Assembly (NCBI RefSeq): GCF_902459465.1
Contig: NC_047068.1
Coordinates: 16,988,001 to 17,052,000, forward strand
Reading direction: 5' to 3'
Origin: Asterias rubens
Taxonomy: Eukaryota
DNA length: 64,000 nt
Each line of letters begins with the position of its first letter. Positions within the stretch are counted from its first letter, which is position 1. Of the stretch, positions 57,101 to 64,000 are shown piece after piece. Position numbers and translations under genes: made by a program. The notes under the pieces were generated by a model. That model ran no database searches, was not told the DNA's origin, and saw nothing but the letters and a program-made list of their open reading frames with translations.

Positions 57101-59430
57101 AAAGGAACACGTTGCCTTGGATCAGACGAGTTGGTCTATAAAAAGCGTTTGTAACCGTTTGTTATAAAATGCATATGGTTAAAAAGATGTTGTAAAAGTA
57201 GAATACAATAATCCACACAAGTTTGCCTCGAAACTGCGTGGTTTTCCTTTAACTTTGCAAACTACAACACGGTCGGCCATTTATGGGAGTCAAAAATTTG
57301 ACTCGCATAAATGGCCGACCATGTAAGTCGACGAGGTAAAAGGAAAACCAGGCAATTTTGAGGTATATTTGTGTAGATCATTGTATTCTTCCACTTACAA
57401 CATCTTTATAACCATATGAATTTTATAACAAGCGGTTACAAACGCCTTTCAAAGACTAACTCGACCGATACAAGGCAACATGTTCCTTTAACTGTGGACT
57501 GTGATACTGTGATGCATTCACCATGGTATCATATTGCAGGATGGCATGGTTAAGCTATCACTCAAAACTTCAGTGGATGATTGTAGGAGGGTTGACTGTG
57601 ATATTGTATGATATTTTATTGCAAGATGGCATAACTTACCATCTTTCAAACCCATAATAGTTGATGAGAGTGAATGGTCTGAAAGTAGGAGGTTTGAAGA
57701 ATAAAATGGACACTGGCTGTTCTGCAGCCTGTATGTATCACTGGTATACAGAATAAATAGGCCCTATCCCTTTAAAGACAAACTTCATAAATGATAATGG
57801 CTATGGAATGGACACTGGTGAAATTCAGCCAACATTTTTCATTTTATTTGAAGCCTCACAAAATTTTCAGAAGAAAAATTATTAAAGTGAGACCTTGAGA
57901 AAACAAAATTAAATTTTCTTGAAAAGCTATGACAAAATAACTAGTGTTGATATTTTTTTTTCAACGGTTGCCTCCTGTCTGAAGTTGTCTGAAAAAACCC
58001 ACTGATTTACCTTCAGTGGGTTTTTATTTTCCAAATTAAAGGTGTTCCAATGTGGATTTGGAGATTGGTGCATTTTTTATTCTGAAGGTGCTTTTAAGAG
58101 CAAATTTTTTTTTTGTCTTTGAGTTTCTATCCCGAGTGCAATTTCTTGGAGCTTCACTCATTTGTGTTAAAAAAAAAAAAAAAAAATTGTTGACATGTGA
58201 ATGCAAATAAGTATCATATCAAATCCCCATCATTTTGGTCGTACTTCTTGGGGTTTAACAGCTGCAATTTGGGGAACAAAACTAATTTGTTTGTTGTAAC
58301 AAAAAAAAATCATTATTTTGACCAGAAATCTTTTGTCACAATTTTGTTTGCCAATAGTAGAGAGTAGTACTGAATGAGCGTGTCAAATGAAATATTCTAA
58401 TAATTAATGATATTTTAATAATTTAGTGTGGAATTGGGCAGTGGAAAATATTTGACAAGAAAGATATAAATAGCTTTCTGATAACAGATTTTTAGAGTGT
58501 TCTTCAATATTTGATGATTTTTTTTTTAAACTTAAGTGTATTAATATTGTTTTATTTATTTGTTTGTTTGTTTAATGTATTAACCATTCTAAACAAGGTG
58601 TTAGCAGTTTTCTTTTATAATAATTTCAGCCCAATTTCATAGAGCTGCTTAAGCGGAGTGAGTTTACCAGCTAAAATAGCATTCCACACATACCTTTATG
58701 ACTGGTATCCTGTGTCTTTTTGCCGAGCAAAACAAATGTCAAAGCAATGTTTACTGCTTAAGCAGTTCTTTAAAATTTGGTCTGTGATCCAATTTCAAAG
58801 AGCTGCTGAAGCACAAAAAGTAGCTAAGCTCAACAAAATTATGTTTACCAGAATAATGTTACCAGCCATAATTGTCATGTCACAAGTACAGTTTGTGACT
58901 GGTATCCTGTTAATTTCTGCTTAGCAGGCAATTGTGAAGCAATATTTTCTGCTTACGCAGCTTTATGAAATTGGGCCCTGCTTGAAAAACCTGCCTGAAG
59001 CTACAGGGCCCAATTTCATAGAGCTGCTTAAGTAGAAAAAACGCTTAACAATTGTCTGCTAAGCAGAAATAAACAGGACACCAGCCACAAGTTGTACATG
59101 TGACATGGATGTTTGGCTGGTAACCTTATTCTTGTAAGTATATTTTTTGTTGTGCTTAGCTGCTTTTTGTGCTGAAGCAGCTCTATGAAATTGGGCACAG
59201 GTTTGTTGGGCCAAATGTCTGTCTTTACTACCAGTAAATATTGTGTTTATTAATAATCATAATCTTGTGGATGAACTAATTTCTATCCTTCATTAGGAGA
59301 AATTTGTTCAATTTTTAAAACTCTTGAAATTACTTCTCACCACTCCTGCTGCCGCTTACTCTAAAGGAATCTGGACCCACCGATATGGTATGATACTGAC
59401 GTGCATCTCTTTGAGATCCAGCGAGTTTGA
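30132..59430 (+). CDS. HID1: HID1 (Golgi / dense-core-vesicle protein, dymeclin-related), 17 constant exons plus alternative last exon, about 823-826 aa
   Basis: Exons 30132-30197, 36313-36462, 36858-37019, 43067-43174, 44042-44210, 44916-44973, 46099-46309, 46614-46727, 47434-47608, 48474-48625, 49574-49652, 50156-50320, 51284-51511, 52171-52280, 52533-52742, 53156-53247, 54085-54243, then 56548-56620 or 59367-59430. All GT-AG and in phase. Starts MGGTDSKLNFRKAV (myristoylation-type Gly2) and ends PPIWYDTDVHLFEIQRV. Confidence 0.96.
31143..31181 (-). ncRNA. Hammerhead-like motif, family B, at the Penelope 3' end
   Basis: The minus strand reads gcct TCGAGAA a gactc tgcta gggtc GAAA cgtc aggc: U3-A8 core variant with U4C, ACGT palindrome and a GUC site. 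Confidence 0.65.
31895..34611 (-). pseudogene. Penelope RT-GIY-YIG ORF with one in-frame stop and one frame break
   Basis: ORF-track pieces 32834-34132 and 31895-32437 share a frame and are separated only by TAA at 32834-32836; the 132 codons between them are open (KPTDKHQYLH...SIAYSQALRLRRICS). The N-terminal piece from ATG 34611 is out of frame at about 34312. Confidence 0.88.
37212..37260 (+). mobile_element. Penelope terminal relic with partial family B hammerhead
   Basis: agaaagactctgctagggttgaaatgtcaggtcattaactattttttgc matches the reverse complement of about 31128-31176. Confidence 0.65.
48093..48315 (+). mobile_element. tRNA-derived SINE
   Basis: A-box-like tggccaagcgg, B-box-like ggtccgagtccc, then ccctgagcaagacactt. 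A shorter copy lies at about 47622-47735. Confidence 0.65.
48970..49260 (-). mobile_element. Family A hammerhead-bearing element
   Basis: Same body as 6577-6871 and ends in the truncated hammerhead. Confidence 0.8.
49225..49260 (-). ncRNA. 5'-truncated hammerhead motif, family A
   Basis: The minus strand reads acga t gactag agcaag ctagtc GAAA cgtt gagac; CTG and the 5' strand of stem I are missing. Confidence 0.6.
50345..50515 (-). mobile_element. Family A hammerhead-bearing element, internally deleted
   Basis: Same terminal segments as the other copies, the central part is absent, and the hammerhead is intact. Confidence 0.8.
50472..50515 (-). ncRNA. Minimal type I hammerhead ribozyme motif, family A
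   Basis: The minus strand reads tctc CTGACGA t gactag aggaag ctagtc GAAA cgtt gaga, with palindromic AACGTT. Confidence 0.82.
51651..52023. mobile_element. TTAA-flanked MITE (Kolobok-like)
   Basis: TTAA|AGGAACACG.TGCCTTGGATCGG ... CCGATCCAGGGCAACGTGTTCCT|TTAA, with long internal inverted repeats. Confidence 0.8.
56548..56620 (+). CDS. HID1: HID1 proximal alternative last exon (RNVEPPIWYDTGVKLFEVQRIKDS*)
   Basis: Acceptor cctgtag| in the same phase as 59367-59430, open to TAG, with AATAAA at 56718-56723. Confidence 0.75.
57103..57487. mobile_element. Second copy of the TTAA-flanked MITE
   Basis: Same TIRs and TTAA flanks as 51651-52023. Confidence 0.8.
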
Positions 59431-60044
59431 GCTTGTTAAGTAATTCATTTATTAATTTATTTGTATGTAGGATTCTGTATTGCCCGCTTCCCTCCCTAAG
59501 TGTACGCTATTCTGCTTTGTGTATTGTTTGTAAGAAGTGTTCCCCTTCCCATGACCCACAACACACTGTGTTGTCTCGCTATACTTGGTATATGTACATG
59601 TAGATAGTTCAAGCATGTATGTTTATTGACCTGGTTAATTGAAGGATTGGACGCCCCTTTTGTTTTTTTTACACAAAAGCGAAGTGAGGGCTTCCTTACT
59701 CAGTAAAAAGAATACCCGGTTCCTTGTGAGACAGGGCTCAGTTTCATGGGTTAGATTGATTATACAAACCATAGGGGTCGAAGTTGAAGGTTTCAAAACT
59801 GTCGGGTCAGTATCTGGAAGTTGTGAAGGAACGCCATGGATGCACTTTTGTGGGTCCGTGCACTTTTTTTATTGTGTCCATTTGCAAAACCTGCAGTACC
59901 AACAACCTAATTTTGTGATTTGTTTTTTTTGTCTGTTGCCTGCCCCCTTTTTCTTGTAGCCCCACCTTGAATGGCCATTGTCATGTGATGGCTGATACCC
60001 TCACAAAAATATTATAAATTAAAAAATTATGAGTAGGGTAGATG

Positions 60045-60083
60045 GCCGTGGCTTTCGATCCAAACTGGACCTTCTTCAGAGGC
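60045..60083 (-). ncRNA. Hammerhead-like motif, family D
   Basis: The minus strand reads gcct CTGAAGA a ggtcc agttt ggatc GAAA gccac ggc, downstream of a pyrimidine-rich tract. Confidence 0.5.
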
Positions 60084-63000
60084 ATAAAACAAGTACAAAC
60101 AAATACATTTCCATTTATAGAAAAAGAGAGGAGAGAGGGATTAAGGGAAGGATCCAGAAAGAAGCGGGAAAAACTTAAAATATTAGATATAACATAGTCA
60201 ACAAAATGTTGTAGGTTTTGTCCTATTACAAACAAACCTGTGCTAATGAGGTCACAACCTCATTTGCATATTACAATCATGACATATAGTGTCATGACAG
60301 CCATTTTGTAAATGTGCTTTTTAAGAATAGATTTATGTGACGTTGTGAACAGCATGATTAGTTGTTGAAACCCACCAAGAAAAAATTGAATGTAGATTAT
60401 TTCCAGCACAGTCTTGTTAATTTAGAATAGATGGACTGCACATGGCTTCATTGACCGCCATTTTTTATGACAAAAAAAAAAAATGTGCGTGCAAGTAAGT
60501 GCTACGCTTGACTATCAGCCAACACAGCTTGTCATGGGAGCACGTTTCTTGAAAGATAGCGGCCAATGCAAGGGGGTCTAAAGATACAAAACAACTTTAA
60601 AGGGGCTGAAGAAAATGAAATGTATCCCCTACTTGGATTCAATTTCCTTGTTCTTCATTAAAAAAAAAAACTTAAAACTCCCAGTCCCAGAAAAAACAAA
60701 ACCATTGAATGCAATTTTAATTGTGTAAAAACAAGAGGAGAGACAGAGAGGTAAACCAATCTATTACCAATAGAGGTAAACTCTATTTACGAGTCTGCCA
60801 AAACGCTGACTTTTCTTACTGGAATTTTGTTCAGTTGTTTACCTCTCAAAAAGTTGTCATTGATTGAAGTACAGTATTAGGAAGTTTTATGATACATTTC
60901 TGATTAAGGCGAAAGAAGTTAGAAACCGGGCAAATTTATAAAATGACAAAAAAATTAACTTTTGATAATTATTTTTTAGACTAGGTTTCCTTGCAAATTT
61001 CTAAAATATGTTTTGTTTGAGTATGGTACTTGCTGACAGGTCCTGTATATTTAGTGGTTAACCCTGTTGTAAAATACTGCTTTGTAAATTTGCAGTCTGT
61101 ACAATGCTGTATGTATGCATGGCCCCGCCCCCCTCCGTATTTAAATCCAATGCTGTTTGTATTTCACATGAACTTGAATGTAAATGCAAAGTAACGTTAT
61201 GTGATGCTGATGTTTTCAGTTGCGCTATTGTTCTTTTGTTGTGATGGTGAACTTTGGTTTTTGCATTCTCAGGAAAGTATGAACAATTCTTATGGTTGCA
61301 ATTTTGGTCTAAACTGAAGGAAACAAATGGGGAATACTTTAGGATTTCTTTTATTTTCAAATTTAAAAAAAAAGTTTTGTTGGTGTCTTCAAAGAAAGTA
61401 GTATAAAAAGTCTTGAATATTGGCTTTGTACAAATCAATTCATTGTGCAATAACTAATTAACTGGTTAAGTGCATGATTCGCAATCTCTTGAAACCACAA
61501 ATTCAGTTTTGCCTCTGGCCTCAGCTCTGGCAGACGTTTTGTAAGTGGGCGCTTTTTGTGCTGGGCTTCAAACAGGCAAACAGAACCTGGCCATGGCTGT
61601 GGTGTTGATTGCATAATATATATGTATAAGTTATGAAGACGCTATGTAAGCCATCCACCTGTAACTGTATCTGGTTTTGCCGCTCCCATTTGCTTTGAAT
61701 CTCTGCTGTGCTTCTTGCAAAATATTAATGCAGTGAATTGTTCATGTATATATAATTTACTGGGTCCAGGGACTAATTTCATGGCTCTGCTTACTGCGGA
61801 ATTCTGTGCTAAGCCTGTGTGCATTTAATACAGGGCGCTGCAAGCACAGAATTCGCGGTAATTGAACCCTGATGTTACTCTTATTGCTGGTATTATGTAT
61901 TTATCTCTATAAAGTCAAGCCCAGTTCATACTTCTTGTGAAAGCTTCGAGGGAAACAAATTTGGCATCGCTGCTCTGTTTGCGCTGCAAATGTTTTGTAA
62001 AAGATGAGATGTACTCAACTCTTGTTTTTAACGCCAAAATTCTCAAAGCATTCGCATTCACAGGAAGTATGAATCGGACTTAACACCGCAAGACTTTGTA
62101 TAGCCCTGGTTTATACTTCATGCAAAAGTGAACGCAAAACAAACTTTGGTGACAAACAATACAAAGTAGTGTTTTTTTCTCAAGGAGACTTTCCCAAAAA
62201 CAAGGTCATCTTCATAATTCAATGCCATTAATATAGTCCTTAGTACTCTGATTTCATCACAGTATGTCAACAGCTTTGTGGAAGAGTGTGCAACCATTGT
62301 GTGTCTGTTTAACTGGCAGAAAATTGTCAGAGTTAAAAACAAAATCCTGAGATTTCTTATCTCTGGGCTAAAAACTTCAAATGAAATTTATCACGCACTT
62401 AGAAGAAATATGTACAGAGTAGCTTTTTGCGCACATCAAAAAATGTGTGAGTTTATAACTAATCATCAGCGTTTATTATTGTTTTTAAAACAGGGTACTT
62501 AGCAATTCTTCCTCTTCTAAAGTGTGCTCCTTTTGCTTTCACAAATTTACTCTAAAAGTTCTTGGTTTGGGGTTAAAAAAAGTAAAATTGACAAGAGTGG
62601 GATTGGACTTTATTAACAGGTAAATAAATTAGTGAAATTTGACATTAGTTTGAGATCTGGGTACTGAGCTTCTATTTTTTTGCTCTAAAATGCAGAGTGC
62701 TATTCAACCGATATTTGGGGCAGTATTGTACATTTTCAAGTTACAGTAATTTTGAGGCAATTAAATTTCATGTTTTTCTTATGAATATAGTTTTCTGTAT
62801 ACAGGTTTATGTTTGCATAATAGAGTGTAATTAGGTTTCTTTATTTCTTTCTTTTTTGTCTCGAGCTAATTTCAATTCTTATTTATTGTTTGTTAAATAT
62901 TTTATGAATATATTCATTTGCACTTAATGCAAAGAACAAGTATTAATACATTTGTTAGGATTTAAGAAATATTTAGTCTGGAATAGAGGTTAGGGGTAAG

Positions 63001-64000
63001 TGTTGGTAGAAGAAGATTATATTTTCAACATTCCTGTTGTAAAGACGGTATACTGTACTTTTTGGGTGATGTTCCACAAATAAACTTTAAAAAGAGCATT
63101 ATGGAAATGTGAAAAAAGGGCTGCTACAATTGTTCACTTTGAGAAGAGTATGTCTGCACAATCTTGGGGGATAGTTCCCCTAAAATAAATGCAAATTTTA
63201 AGATTTAGGATCATTGATTCTAATCAATAAACCAATTTTAGAGTTAGATTTAAATAATGTTTGGTACAAGGACTTACTTAGTCATAAGTTCATGCTTCAG
63301 TTTGATTGAATACGGCAGAAGTTATCATAGCATGCATGTGACTGATTTTCTGTTTCTTTTCAAAACATTGTCATATAAAACTGAAAAACACATACATTCT
63401 GAGGAATTCAAATATATTTGGAGTTATCGCAGCAAGAACGAAATTTGGCCCAGGTTATTGTACTTATAACTTATACCAACCCTTGAAGCTGCAGGTACAT
63501 TACTGATAAAAAAACACCTTCTGTTATAAGCTGTAAAAAAATTAGGAATAATAAGAAACAACCAAAGAAGGTTTTCGCTTTACCTGGCTGCATATATTAA
63601 CATATAATTAAATGTTAAAATGACTTTAGCTTTTAAGCACATGTACATGTATATTCGACTGTTGGGCATTTTTACATTGTAACCAGGACTCAATTTCATA
63701 GAGCTGCTTATGCAGAAGATATTGCTAAGCAATTTCCTGCTTAGCAAAAATTAGCAGTATACCAGTCGCAAAGTGTACAAGTGCGTGTAACCTCATTCTG
63801 GTAAGCATGATTTTCTTTTGCTAAGTCCTTTTTGTTCCTAAGTAGCTCTGTGCAATTGGGCCCAATAAGTAATGGTTTGACAACAGCTTGACTGAAACTC
63901 TTGTGTGGTTAATAATTGAAACCGTTATTGGATACAAGTGTAAAAATGCATCCAAGCTTGCAGATATTTTTAATCAGTGATTGGCAAAAACAGCACAGTT

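Noticed and set aside
60300-64000. Another gene after HID1
   Set aside because: No exon-like chain on either strand. It is AT-rich sequence with MITEs, probably 3' UTR or intergenic.

Overview
This window is intron-rich, AT-rich metazoan genomic DNA with GT-AG introns. It looks like an invertebrate deuterostome such as a sea star, but the taxon is inferred and not proven. Five spliced genes can be rebuilt by hand with consistent exon phases: ADPRH (+, 9 coding exons), a TEX33-like gene (-) set head-to-head with mitochondrial thioredoxin TXN2 (+), RPS2 (+) and HID1 (+). A nearly intact Penelope-like retroelement (RT plus GIY-YIG) lies antisense in HID1 intron 1, nested inside a TIR element. 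Most short entries in the supplied ORF track are spurious or are single exons of these genes. Main highlights: (1) eight minimal hammerhead-ribozyme-like motifs from four sequence families, including a U3-A8 core variant; (2) two tandem-duplicated, intact alternative last exons in HID1; (3) a frame-restoring GT-AG intron candidate inside the retroelement ORF; (4) H/ACA-snoRNA-like hairpins in RPS2 introns with plausible 28S targets; (5) a WCKPC thioredoxin active site. All folds and alignments were done by eye, and comparisons with human proteins and rRNA are from memory.
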